A stretch of DNA of 64,000 bases, from positions 487,159-551,158 of the forward strand of contig CAWBPM010000002.1 in the NCBI GenBank assembly GCA_963790825.1, read 5' to 3'. The stretch is from Candidatus Levyibacteriota bacterium (lineage in GTDB: Bacteria > Patescibacteriota > Microgenomatia > Levybacterales > UBA12049). The notes below the pieces were generated by a model that saw nothing but the letters and a program-made list of their open reading frames with translations, searched no databases and was not told where the DNA came from. Below are positions 11,317-21,410 of this stretch, in pieces; the stretch's first letter is position 1; every line of letters starts with the position of its first letter. Both the position numbers and the translations under genes were made by a program.

Positions 11317-11583
11317 ATGGGTAATAAGAAAAATATGGGTACGGCACTGGGTGCCGCGGCTGTCGGTGCGGCAATCGGGGCAGCAGCGATGACGCTTACC
11401 GATGAAAAAAATCGTAAAAAAGTTGTCGCGACAATGAAAGACGTAAAGAAAAAAGCGACGAAACAAATTGATATACTGAAAAAGAAAACGAGAGAGTTAA
11501 GAGACCGTAAAGGCGATATTTCACAATCTGCAGTTTTGAAAAAACCGACAGCAAAAAAAGTCGTTACAACGGCAACAAAATAA
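11317..11583 (+). CDS. YtxH-like glycine-zipper small protein
   Basis: GTALGAAAVGAAIGAAAMTL glycine zipper followed by a Lys-rich helix. SD AAGGGAGG 8 nt before ATG 11317. The track start 11308 is a GTG inside the SD. Confidence 0.55.
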   Translation: MGNKKNMGTALGAAAVGAAIGAAAMTLTDEKNRKKVVATMKDVKKKATKQIDILKKKTRELRDRKGDISQSAVLKKPTAKKVVTTATK

Positions 11584-11589
11584 CACCTT

Positions 11590-11847
11590 ATGTGGTTACA
11601 AAATACTTTTTATATCTTCGGTATTATTTTTATGGTTCTCAATATTGTGATTTTGATCAGTATTGCTACTGCAGTTTTATATTTAAAGAAAAAAGTTGAT
11701 GAGATTCATCGGACGTTCAATCAGAAAATTGCTACAGTGAAACAAATTACGACGGAACCAAGTGCTATAGCACGAGGAGTAGGAGCAATCGCGACAAGTA
11801 TATTATCCTTTGTACTCCACAAAATATTTAGCAGGAAAAAAGAATAA
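11590..11847 (+). CDS. Small membrane protein, DUF948/YtxG-like (N-terminal TM plus helical region)
   Basis: 85 aa. A hydrophobic N-terminus, and pairing with a YtxH-like gene as in Firmicutes ytxG-ytxH. Confidence 0.4.
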   Translation: MWLQNTFYIFGIIFMVLNIVILISIATAVLYLKKKVDEIHRTFNQKIATVKQITTEPSAIARGVGAIATSILSFVLHKIFSRKKE

Positions 11848-12049
11848 ACCTTCCCATATTTTCACTCTTTACTTTTTATTAATTTGGAGGATATGCCACT
11901 CCGCTTTGATTTAACAAATTTTGGCTTATACCTTCGTAGCAATCAAAAGAAAGTTACTATATATAGTTTCTGTGGCTCGAATATTCAAAGCTTCGGTTGG
12001 CATTATACCTTGTATTTTGATTGCGAAGAGGTATAATACAAAAGAAGCT

Positions 12050-12817
12050 ATGTCTTTTCTTGTTTTTCTTTTTGTCATTATCTTCATTTTTCTCAGCTTA
12101 AGTATTAAAATTCTCCGTGAGTATGAACGGGGAGTTATTTTCTTTCTCGGCCGTTTTACCGGTGTTAGGGGTCCGGGACTTATTATCCTTATTCCAATAT
12201 TTGAGAGGATGGTAAAAGCAACTCTTCGGATTGTTACCATGGAAATTCCTTCGCAAAAAATTATTACCAAGGATAACGTCTCAATCGATATCGCAGCAGT
12301 CGCATATTATAAAGTCGTCAATCCATCTAAATCCGTTCTGGCAATTGAAGACGTCTATACAGCGGTAAATCAGATCAGCCAAACAACCGTTCGTAATGTT
12401 ATTGGTCAATTTATGCTTGACCAGCTTTTGTCTCAAACCTTAAAAATTAACACGCAAATTAAAGAAGTAATTGACCGTCACACCGAGCCATGGGGAGTAC
12501 AGGTCACTGCAGTTGAAATTAAAGATATTATGCTTCCTGATAATATGCAGCGGGCAATGGCCAAAGAAGCGGAGGCTGAGAGGGAACGGAGGGCAAAGAT
12601 TGTCGCAGCAGAAGGGGAGATGCAGGCCGCAACAAAATTAGGAGAAGCCTCAGACATTATCGCCAAACACCCGATAGCGCTTCAACTCAGAACTTTGCAA
12701 TCATTGACCGAAATCAGTACTGAACGAAATTCAACGATTATTTTTCCCGCACAATTTATGACTACTGTCCAGGAAGTTTTAAGAACCGTGACAGAAGATT
12801 TAGCGAATAAGAAGTAA
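12050..12817 (+). CDS. SPFH/band-7 (stomatin-prohibitin-like) membrane protein
   Basis: [35 protein letters not shown]...[44 protein letters not shown]. Start moved to Met44 of track ORF 11921; the upstream 43 codons look non-coding. Confidence 0.85.
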   Translation: MSFLVFLFVIIFIFLSLSIKILREYERGVIFFLGRFTGVRGPGLIILIPIFERMVKATLRIVTMEIPSQKIITKDNVSIDIAAVAYYKVVNPSKSVLAIEDVYTAVNQISQTTVRNVIGQFMLDQLLSQTLKINTQIKEVIDRHTEPWGVQVTAVEIKDIMLPDNMQRAMAKEAEAERERRAKIVAAEGEMQAATKLGEASDIIAKHPIALQLRTLQSLTEISTERNSTIIFPAQFMTTVQEVLRTVTEDLANKK

Positions 12818-12883
12818 TCCACACTTCGTAATAAAAGTCTTATAGTTCGATTTTCCTTTATTTCCGCTGTATAATTTAATTTT

Positions 12884-13693
12884 ATGTCTGAACAACTTAA
12901 AATAATTCCTTATACAACGCTTCAGGAAAGGGCAGACCGAAGGTTAGAATTTCTTGTCGCGGCAAATACCGAACCGGGTTCGAACTCTTCATCTACCGAT
13001 CAAAGAAAATCAAGCTTGGAGTTAGCGCAAAAACGATATTTCCAAACAGATAAGCTTTTCGAGATCGCAAATCAAATATTGACAAATGATCGTACAAAAG
13101 AAACATATAGAAGACAGCAAACTGAATTGAATGCATTTCTTAAAGAAACGAGCCGGCCCGATTGGTATTATGCCAACCGGAACTTTCCCTTAGTCGGCTT
13201 AAATATGCAACAAGCATTAGCCGGAGTAACCGATCTAATACGTGAAGAACAGGCAAAATCTATTTTTGAAGTATTAAAAGGGGCAACAATCCCCGGTTAT
13301 GAAAACGATATTTATATAGAACCGGCAACACTGGAATTATTAGATCCGGAAAAAGCTGAGTGTATCTGGAATGGATTTAGAGCCAGAAAAAAATTTTTAG
13401 ATATTGCTGTCTCGGATGGGGAACATGCGGGAAATAATCTGGCTCTTAGGCTGCTTCAACAGTTTAGATTCTCCGGGAATACAGTTTCAATTCTCAGTCC
13501 TGTTCTCGATGTGCCGACAAGAGAGGTAGCCAAACAATCACTTCGCGGAAAAACAAGATGCGGCGTTTTGCAAGCCGAAATTCCAACAGTTCTTAGGGGA
13601 ATTAACCTACAATTCCAATATTCCACTCCCGATCAAGACGCTCTCCCGGACAGAATCTTTCTCAAAGTTACACCTCAAGATAAATTACACTAG
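12884..13693 (+). CDS. Hypothetical protein (269 aa)
   Basis: ORF only. Confidence 0.5.
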   Translation: MSEQLKIIPYTTLQERADRRLEFLVAANTEPGSNSSSTDQRKSSLELAQKRYFQTDKLFEIANQILTNDRTKETYRRQQTELNAFLKETSRPDWYYANRNFPLVGLNMQQALAGVTDLIREEQAKSIFEVLKGATIPGYENDIYIEPATLELLDPEKAECIWNGFRARKKFLDIAVSDGEHAGNNLALRLLQQFRFSGNTVSILSPVLDVPTREVAKQSLRGKTRCGVLQAEIPTVLRGINLQFQYSTPDQDALPDRIFLKVTPQDKLH

Positions 13694-13815
13694 TACCTCG
13701 CCGCCTGAACCTTTAAGTGGGAATAAATCTTAAGTAAACTACTTGTTTTCTGTTCTTGCAACAAAAGATGAGATGTGCTTAAATGCCATTGACTTATGAC
13801 TCCTGATTATTCCTA

Positions 13816-15003
13816 ATGAAACGCTTATTGAAATTTAAAAAAAATTACTATCTTGTTATCTTTCTCTTGCTCGGAATTATCATTACTGCTATATCATTTC
13901 TTATGGCATCACTAAATACGAATAAACCAGTGACTATCGCAAAACAACAAGCAGTACTTGCCGCACAAACTCTGAAACCAACTCCCACCTCTATACTTAC
14001 CCCGACACCAACAATTGCTATCCCGACTCCGACTGCTTCTCCTTCCGTAGCGACATCGCAACCCTCAAGCGGCATTAAGCTGTTCGGTGTAAATATGGCA
14101 GGAGGCGACTTTGGGGAGGATAATTTACCGGGAAACGGTAATTACATTTATCCCAGTGATCAAACAAGTTTTAATTATTTTGCAAATCACGGATTAACGA
14201 TTATCAGAGTTCCGTTTCGCTGGGAAAGAGTACAACATACAGCAATGGGAGATTTGAATCAACCGGATATTGATGGGCTCAATGCAACAGTTGCGACAGC
14301 CAGCAATGCAAACGAAAAAGTAATTTTGGATATGCATAATTACGGGAGATATTTTAATACGCCATTAACTCTTAGCGACAGTACAAAATTTGCCGATGTC
14401 TGGAGAAAGTTAGCTGATACGTTTAAAGATAATCCCGCGCTTTTCGGTTATGAGATTATGAACGAACCGCATGATTTGCCGGATGGAACAAATGAGTGGG
14501 CAAGTCTTGCGCAAAGTGCAACCGACGCGATTCGCCAGCTAGACACTACGCATTATATTATTATCCCCGGATACGATTGGCAGAGTGCAAACGGCTGGCC
14601 GGAAAATAATCAGAACCTCAATATTAATGACGCAACCGGAAAGATTCTTTATTCCGCGCATCAGTATTTTGATAGCGATCAAAGCGGAAGATATAGTGAG
14701 GGTTACGATGCAGAACAAGCAAATCCTAATACCGGCGTTACACTTATTCAACCTTTTTTAACCTGGCTGGCAGCGAATAATAAACAGGGAATTTTTACTG
14801 AATACGGAATACCGGGAGATGATCCGCGTTGGTTAACAATGCTGGATAATTTCTTGGCAAGGTTAAACAGTAATCCGAATATTGTCGGCGGTACGTACTG
14901 GGCGGCAGGTCCCTGGTGGGGAGATTATAAATTGTCCGTGGAACCGCAAAACGGATCTGACAAACCCCAAATGAGTATACTGCAAAAATACAAAAGTCGA
15001 TAA
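13816..15003 (+). CDS. Glycoside hydrolase family 5 endoglucanase-like, N-terminal membrane anchor and Pro/Thr-rich linker
   Basis: GVNMAGGDFG, IIRVPFRWERVQ, ILDMHNYGRY, YEIMNEPHD (acid/base Glu), IFTEYGIPG (nucleophile Glu). Confidence 0.85.
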   Translation: MKRLLKFKKNYYLVIFLLLGIIITAISFLMASLNTNKPVTIAKQQAVLAAQTLKPTPTSILTPTPTIAIPTPTASPSVATSQPSSGIKLFGVNMAGGDFGEDNLPGNGNYIYPSDQTSFNYFANHGLTIIRVPFRWERVQHTAMGDLNQPDIDGLNATVATASNANEKVILDMHNYGRYFNTPLTLSDSTKFADVWRKLADTFKDNPALFGYEIMNEPHDLPDGTNEWASLAQSATDAIRQLDTTHYIIIPGYDWQSANGWPENNQNLNINDATGKILYSAHQYFDSDQSGRYSEGYDAEQANPNTGVTLIQPFLTWLAANNKQGIFTEYGIPGDDPRWLTMLDNFLARLNSNPNIVGGTYWAAGPWWGDYKLSVEPQNGSDKPQMSILQKYKSR

Positions 15004-15134
15004 AAAATTCTATTGTACTTTGATATTATTTAGTTTTTAGATATTAGAAATTAGGATTTTATTTGAGCCGAATTACTGAGGTTAAACAAAGTGTCTTGAC
15101 AAGCTTAGTTTGAAAGAACTACGATAGAAACGTC

Positions 15135-15983
15135 ATGGGATCATTACATCAACTAAAAATTCCCTTCCTCAGTGTTCTTTTTTTCTTTTTGTGCTTTTAT
15201 GTCTTTAGCAAAATTTTTGGACCGATTCCATTCTACATACAAAGTGTGACAACAGATAAACAAGATCTTTTTACGGTTGATGGAACAGGTAATGCAACAG
15301 TGGTACCCGAAACCGCTCAAATCTCCCTTGGAGTAAGCAAAACTACAGCAACAGTGCAAGACGCGCAGAAACAGGTAAACGAAATTGCTAATAAATTAAC
15401 TTCCGATTTGAAAGCACTGGGAATAGCTGACAAAGATATAAAAACTACCAATTATTCATCATATCCGTTATATGGACCAATTCTGCCAATGTCTGCTCAG
15501 TCAGGTGACGAAACGTCTGGATCAGTTCAGTCGGGAGAGACTGCTGCGGGACCAGTGACAAGTGACATCGCAATGCCGATGCGTCCGCCAAGCAGTCAGG
15601 GATATACAGTCACAGAGGATATAAATGTCACTAGCAAATCAACCGATATCGCGAATAAAGTATTGGATTTGGCTCCGAAAGATGGGGCGAATGTCATAGG
15701 TGGTATTCAGTTTGTTTTAACTGATGAGGAGCAACAAGCGCTCGAATCACAAGCAAGAACACAAGCTATCCAAAACGCCAAACAAAAAGCGCAATCGATT
15801 GCAAGTGAAGCAGGTTTACGATTGGGAAAACTCGTTAATATTCAGGAATCGCCAAGTGGATATCCCGGACCAATTATGTATAGTGCAGCAAAAACTGCAC
15901 CAGATCAAAATTCACAGACAAGTGTTAACCCCGGACAAAATAGCATAACAGTAACCGTAACCCTCTCCTACGAAACCCTCTGA
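15135..15983 (+). CDS. SIMPL-domain (DUF541/BP26-like) secreted protein
   Basis: Signal/TM at the N-terminus, DGTGNATVVPETAQISLGV... and C-terminal ...NSITVTVTLSYETL, typical of the SIMPL family. Confidence 0.65.
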   Translation: MGSLHQLKIPFLSVLFFFLCFYVFSKIFGPIPFYIQSVTTDKQDLFTVDGTGNATVVPETAQISLGVSKTTATVQDAQKQVNEIANKLTSDLKALGIADKDIKTTNYSSYPLYGPILPMSAQSGDETSGSVQSGETAAGPVTSDIAMPMRPPSSQGYTVTEDINVTSKSTDIANKVLDLAPKDGANVIGGIQFVLTDEEQQALESQARTQAIQNAKQKAQSIASEAGLRLGKLVNIQESPSGYPGPIMYSAAKTAPDQNSQTSVNPGQNSITVTVTLSYETL

Positions 15984-16007
15984 AGAATAAACAAATACTA
16001 CCAATAA

Positions 16008-16943
16008 TCACTTGTTTCCGCTATGAAATGCCTTGTGCACATCTCTGAGTTGTTTATTCGTAATATGGGTATAGATTTGTGTAGTCGCAATATTCTTATG
16101 CCCCAGCATTTCCTGAACCGAGCGGATATCGGCACCGTTTGTGAGTAGATCAGTTGCGAACGAGTGGCGCATCGTGTGAACCGTCGCGTCAACCGGAAGC
16201 CTAGCCAACTTTACATATTTTTTAATCACCCGCTCGATACTCCTTGCAGTCAGGCGCATTTTTTCGCCGTCATTTTCCTCATTGGGACGTCCCGAATATC
16301 TGATAAAAAGCGGTTTATAGGAATCCTGCCGTATTCCCAAATAGTTCTGAATCCAATCGGCAGCGCGGTCCGAGACAAATACAATTCTTCCTTTTCCGCC
16401 TTTCCCAATTACACCGAATTCTTTCCGCTCCAAATTAATTTCTCCATGATTTAATTTTACAAGCTCCGATACGCGAAGTCCTGTTGAAAAAAGTAATTCC
16501 ATGATGCAGCGGTCCCGCATTCCTTCTTCTTTTGAAGTATCAGCCATATTAACCAACTGATCAATTTGCTCCCGTTCGAGAAATTTTAAGCTCCGGCTCT
16601 CGGTTTTTGGTAAATCAATTTTCGACGGCTCCAGAGTTTTATAATCATTCTTAATTAAAAACCTTAGAAACGAGCGAAGCGCGATTACATAATAATTTTG
16701 CGTCACTTTCTGAAGAGTCTGACCTTTATCATCTGTTCTATTGGCCAAAAATACCCGGTATCTGCGGATTATCGATAGGTCCAAATCTTCAATTGTTTTG
16801 TGTGGCAGGGTAGAGGAGAACCATTTTTCAAAAGTATCCAAGTAATGCCTGTAGTCCCGAATCGTTAACCGGGAAGAATTTTTTTCAATTTCCAAATATT
16901 CCAGATAATTATTAATTAGGTCAGGCAAGAACAGCGAACGCAT
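16008..16943 (-). CDS. Tyrosine site-specific recombinase XerC/XerD family
   Basis: C-terminal HTMRHSFATDLLTNGADIRSVQEMLGHKNIATTQIYTHI, with R..HxxR..Y catalytic residues. Start moved to Met48 (MRSLFLPDLINNYLEYLE) for a normal ~311-aa length. Confidence 0.88.
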   Translation of the reverse strand: MRSLFLPDLINNYLEYLEIEKNSSRLTIRDYRHYLDTFEKWFSSTLPHKTIEDLDLSIIRRYRVFLANRTDDKGQTLQKVTQNYYVIALRSFLRFLIKNDYKTLEPSKIDLPKTESRSLKFLEREQIDQLVNMADTSKEEGMRDRCIMELLFSTGLRVSELVKLNHGEINLERKEFGVIGKGGKGRIVFVSDRAADWIQNYLGIRQDSYKPLFIRYSGRPNEENDGEKMRLTARSIERVIKKYVKLARLPVDATVHTMRHSFATDLLTNGADIRSVQEMLGHKNIATTQIYTHITNKQLRDVHKAFHSGNK

Positions 16944-17000
16944 ATTCACTATACTAAAGGACAGGCAGTAGGAAGTCAAACCCAATGAGATCAATTTAGC

Positions 17001-18497
17001 TTGACAATACTTCCCCAAAAAAGCCATACTAAGTATATGCGGGAAGAATATATTCTCAGAGCAAAAGCATATCTTTTGTCTCAACCGGACTATAGAGAAA
17101 AATTCGAAGACATTAAAAAAGATCTCTTAGCACTTGGTGCCAGCGAAGAAGAAATCCAGAAAGCGATTGCAGACATTGAAGATGAGCCGATTGAAGAAGC
17201 GGACAAAAAGAAAGAACAAGCCGATAAGCCTGAAATTATAAAAAAATTACTTGAAGTAGATATTGCGTCCCACATTGTAACCGGCGTGCTTATTGTCTTT
17301 GCTCTTTTTTTCTTCTTTATGTTTCTGCACAATAGACAAGTATCTATGTCCCCTTCGTCAACCAATATTCAAACTAATGAGGGCTCACCGTTGGTCACAA
17401 GGGTATACGCTCTCACGCTTCCGGTAAATGCAACGCAGGTTTTTTCCTATCCCGGAACAAATATTAGTTTACCTATCTCAGGTTTTCCAAAGAGGGAAGT
17501 ACTTGGATTTTTTCCCTATTGGATGCTTGACGTTGAGGACAAAGTAAATTTAATTGGTATTACCGACATTAGTTTATTCGGTCTTGAAACAGATGGTAAT
17601 GGCAATATCATTACGGTCGGTAGTGATGGCACGACGGACCCGGGATGGACCATGTGGAATGATCCCAGGCTTACACTCTTCTTAAACAGAGTGAAAGCAA
17701 AAAACATTCACGTAGCACTCACAATAAAATCATTCAATAATAACAACATTGAGCATCTGATAAGTTCTGATAATAGTCAAAAGCAATTAATTGCTAATGT
17801 GATTCATCTAATTAGTATAAAAAATCTGGACGGAGTAAATTTGGATTTTGAATATACCGGAAACCCGACACCTTCTCAAATCAACTCATTTACTGCATTT
17901 ATTACCAATCTTAATACAAATCTAAAACAGCAAAATCCTAATCTCGCACTTACCCTGGATACAAATATTACTGCCGCCTCTCAGCCTCTGCTTCTAGATA
18001 TTCCTTCTCTTGCAGGCAGCGTCGATTCATTCATCGTCATGGGATATGATCTGCATACGCCGCAAGGCGAACCCGGCGCGATAGCACCGATTGACGGGAC
18101 CAATGGACTTATTGAACTTGTACAAAGTTACCTGGAAAAAGTAGGGCCTGAAAAAATTATTTTGGCTGTTCCGTATTATGGTTACGACTGGCCGATAAGC
18201 GACGCGGTAAACAACACAAGTCAAAATGCGGCAATACTTCCATATGCACAGGTGATGGATTTAGCCAAAGATAAAACTGTTTCCTGGGACGAAACTACAC
18301 AAACTCCATACTTTACTTATATTGACCCCACAACGAAGCTAAAACACCAGGTATATTTCGATAACACTCGCTCAATCGGTTTGAAATATGATTATATAAA
18401 TCAGAAGAATCTTAAAGGCGTCGGCATTTGGGCACTCGGCTACGACGGACTCAATCAAGACCTCGGCGCCCTCATCCTCGAGAAATTCGCCAAGTAA
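17001..18497 (+). CDS. Glycoside hydrolase family 18 (chitinase/YaaH-like) with N-terminal cytoplasmic segment and one TM helix
   Basis: DGVNLDFEY (DxxDxDxE catalytic motif), MGYD, PYYGYDW, VGIWALGYD. TM segment IVTGVLIVFALFFFFMF. The start might instead be Met13 at 17037. Confidence 0.75.
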   Translation: MTILPQKSHTKYMREEYILRAKAYLLSQPDYREKFEDIKKDLLALGASEEEIQKAIADIEDEPIEEADKKKEQADKPEIIKKLLEVDIASHIVTGVLIVFALFFFFMFLHNRQVSMSPSSTNIQTNEGSPLVTRVYALTLPVNATQVFSYPGTNISLPISGFPKREVLGFFPYWMLDVEDKVNLIGITDISLFGLETDGNGNIITVGSDGTTDPGWTMWNDPRLTLFLNRVKAKNIHVALTIKSFNNNNIEHLISSDNSQKQLIANVIHLISIKNLDGVNLDFEYTGNPTPSQINSFTAFITNLNTNLKQQNPNLALTLDTNITAASQPLLLDIPSLAGSVDSFIVMGYDLHTPQGEPGAIAPIDGTNGLIELVQSYLEKVGPEKIILAVPYYGYDWPISDAVNNTSQNAAILPYAQVMDLAKDKTVSWDETTQTPYFTYIDPTTKLKHQVYFDNTRSIGLKYDYINQKNLKGVGIWALGYDGLNQDLGALILEKFAK

Positions 18498-18538
18498 ATC
18501 CGTTGACAATAAGAAACAAGATTTTTATTATATTTCAC

Positions 18539-19444
18539 ATGACGAAATTTCTCCTCGATAGCGGTAATCCTAACGAGTATCGTGAGATTGCAAACCTTGC
18601 CAAACAACATAGTACTGAGATTTGGGGTGCGACGACCAATCCTACTTTGATTGCCAAACAATTAGGCGGCAAAAAACTAACTTCCCAAGAGGCATTTAAT
18701 TTACAAAAGCAAATCGTCATGGAAATCTTACGTCTCGTCCCCGGTGCGGTTTCCGCAGAAGTATATGCTGACGGAAAAACTACTGCCTCTGAAATGGTAG
18801 GGCAGGGGAGTGAGATCGCCTCCTGGCATGAACGGATAGTCGTCAAGCTCCCGACGACTTTGGAAGGATTATATGCAAGAACCAAACTTCGGCAATTAGG
18901 AATTATCATCAATAATACCTTAGTATTTTCGCAGGAACAAATTTTCGCAATTTGCCTGCATGAAAAATTGGTAATGAAAGAGGGGAGTGGCACTGAGAAA
19001 AAAGCCTACCCATGCTTTATCTCCCCTTTTGTCGGAAGACTTGATGACTCGGGATTAAATGGCATGGATATTATTAAAAATGGCGTGACACTTCGAAACG
19101 CTTTTAAATTTTCTCCCTGGATTTTATCTTCGTCAATCCGGACCCTCAGACATATGGAACTAACAATTCATTACAACTGTGACATTCTAACTGCACCGGC
19201 AAAAGTATATTTGGAGCACTTCGGACATGATAATAAAAGCGAAGACGAGTTAGGCTCGTCGACACAAACTCCGGAGTTAATACAAATCCCCTACTGGAAG
19301 CCAAAAGATGAGCTTCTGCGAATTTCGACACTCGACGAATTGTTTTCTGCAATTTCCTCCGGCAGATTAAATATAAATCATCCGCTTACTATAAAAGGCA
19401 TCCAGAAATTTAGCGAGGATTGGAGCAGTATCATCACCTTATAG
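18539..19444 (+). CDS. Transaldolase family protein
   Basis: FLLDSGNP, GATTNP, VVKLPTTLEGL...GIIINNTLVFSQEQ. Start set at MTKFLLDSG; the track ORF 18428 reads through from the upstream gene end. Confidence 0.85.
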   Translation: MTKFLLDSGNPNEYREIANLAKQHSTEIWGATTNPTLIAKQLGGKKLTSQEAFNLQKQIVMEILRLVPGAVSAEVYADGKTTASEMVGQGSEIASWHERIVVKLPTTLEGLYARTKLRQLGIIINNTLVFSQEQIFAICLHEKLVMKEGSGTEKKAYPCFISPFVGRLDDSGLNGMDIIKNGVTLRNAFKFSPWILSSSIRTLRHMELTIHYNCDILTAPAKVYLEHFGHDNKSEDELGSSTQTPELIQIPYWKPKDELLRISTLDELFSAISSGRLNINHPLTIKGIQKFSEDWSSIITL

Positions 19445-20538
19445 TCTTTTTCAATAATTACACTATTTTTTTGTTATTAATAGAAATCAGTGTATTTTTT
19501 TATTACCATCTCTAAAGTAACCCAACGAGCTCAAGCTGCAAAGCCCTAGAATGCCCTAGGAGGCTTTCGAAACTAAAAAGATGAGTAAATACATGTCTTT
19601 GGTTATAGTGATTAAAATTATTAACTAAAACAAGTAACACAAACATGTTCCACTCCGATACAAAAAAGGCAAGGGGAGATCAATTTTCATCAATTTTAGC
19701 CTCAAGTTAGCCTGATAAACCAATATGAAAAACAATTTAAGCCCTATAGTAGGGATTTAATGAACCATTCTAAGCAGACGAGAGTATAAATAAATCCAAA
19801 CCGACAAAAAATTTGGGTCTGATAAAAAATATTAATTAAGCACAAGTTGCAGAAAGCAGAAAAAGTCCTTCCCCGGCAATCCGCCCCAGAACGCGTCGTA
19901 AAAGTATTATTGTGCGACGTTATTAATTCAGCTTCCTGTCCGGTAATACCTGATCGATTTTCTTTTTTGAGAACTTCCAGAATATGATCACAGCAGTTAT
20001 TCCATACCAGAGTAGAGATCATCTCTATTAATAGATATACTCTTTTCTTAAAGGTGATAGTTTCGCTCCGTAGCTTGATAAGCTGCAATTGGAATAAGAT
20101 TATCATAGGTACCTTGGGGTATCCTTCTCTGGAGATAAGCACAATACTTTAATTTAGACTGTAGAATCAAGCTAAAGTATACATTTTAGCTTCACATAAA
20201 CGCATTTTAGTTGTTCGTATTTTTTTCAAATGAATAGTAAACTAAGTATATCTCCGTCATCTCTTCGAGTCCTCAGAGTCAAGGACCTGGAGAAGCAATG
20301 ACTTTGATGGGATCTAAAAAATTGACGGGATTCTATCGTCCCGTTAAGCGTGACTTCAGAATGACAAGTAAAAAACCACCAATTACTTATATACAGCCAT
20401 GTTACTCTGTGAAAAGTAAAATATTATTGTGAAAATTCTTACTTTTATCCTATAACTATATCATACCACATCATAAATATTATGGGATTTTCCTGTTCTT
20501 CCTTGCCCTTCTCCCCTCTCCTACTTACTAGTTGGCTA

Positions 20539-21399
20539 TTATTTTCCCCAAGCGGTAAAAATATTTAAAACAAGAAGTACAATTGTTGCTACCCAGAGAT
20601 ACTCCCACAAAATGCTGCGAAACAGCCTCTTCTCCAACCAGACATGGGAGAGCCCAACGATAATATAAAAAAATCCTGTCATGAAAAGCGCGAGGACTGT
20701 CGGACTGCTTGGCCAAAACCAAAGTGCCGCCGCCACTTCCAGACAACAAAGACTTAAGCCAAAAACCCACTTTGAAATTGATAACGGATATTTCCCGAGA
20801 GTATATGTCCATACCGCATGATAAGCCAACAAATACGAATATAAAGATACCAGAACTACTTCAAGTATGATAAATTGATGGAGAGAGAAAATTATATTTG
20901 AGAGAAAAAAGAAGGAAATGAGCGTGATAACGAAAGAAACAATTCGTGCTCCGGATAGTAAGGCAATCGTTCTGATCGATGCTACAATAAAAATGTTTTG
21001 GCTTAACAGTAAGGAATATAAACCAAAAGCATATAATACAGCTAAAATAATTCTGAAGATTAACCTGGCCGGTACTAAAAAATAAAATAATCCAAATGCC
21101 AAGCTATAAAAAAATGGCAGGATAAAAATCGCATACATCCCCTTCTCCGTCATGTCTCTCCTCATTGCCCAAAATACAAATAAATCGGTAAATACCGATA
21201 AAAAAGTTGTAATATATACTCCTGACTTACCAAACTGAAATTCGGTAAAAAATAAGCCGAGGGAGAGAATGATAACGCTGATAACAAACTTCTGTCGTTT
21301 ATCAATAGTAAATGTGATCGGTCTCCTTCCCTTTTTGCTAAATGTCAGATGCCGCCTATGCAATGCGGGATTAGGATATGTTGACAAAATATTTTGCAT
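20539..21399 (-). CDS. Hypothetical polytopic membrane protein (286 aa)
   Basis: Multiple hydrophobic helices. No motif recognised. Confidence 0.55.
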   Translation of the reverse strand: MQNILSTYPNPALHRRHLTFSKKGRRPITFTIDKRQKFVISVIILSLGLFFTEFQFGKSGVYITTFLSVFTDLFVFWAMRRDMTEKGMYAIFILPFFYSLAFGLFYFLVPARLIFRIILAVLYAFGLYSLLLSQNIFIVASIRTIALLSGARIVSFVITLISFFFLSNIIFSLHQFIILEVVLVSLYSYLLAYHAVWTYTLGKYPLSISKWVFGLSLCCLEVAAALWFWPSSPTVLALFMTGFFYIIVGLSHVWLEKRLFRSILWEYLWVATIVLLVLNIFTAWGK

Positions 21400-21410
21400 G
21401 CAGATATTTC

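Noticed and set aside
11921-12049. N-terminal 43-codon extension of the SPFH gene
   Set aside because: The extension lacks SPFH homology and precedes the hydrophobic anchor; Met at 12050 gives a standard stomatin-like N-terminus.
19850-19900. RNase P RNA / SRP RNA from AAGUCC and CCGGGGAAGGA motifs
   Set aside because: Only 6-8 nt of similarity to P4 or the SRP domain IV consensus, and surrounding helices do not follow.
19744-20142. 132-aa minus-strand ORF in the 1.1 kb gap
   Set aside because: No RBS; composition is rich in Cys, Phe and Leu with no domain; likely a chance ORF in AT-rich DNA.
20290-20400. tmRNA (ssrA) call based on UUGACGGGAUUC and a downstream ACCACCA
   Set aside because: Could not reconstruct a tRNA-like acceptor/T-arm pairing or a tag-peptide reading frame ending in AA-stop. 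Left as a hypothesis inside the non-coding-gap finding rather than a feature.
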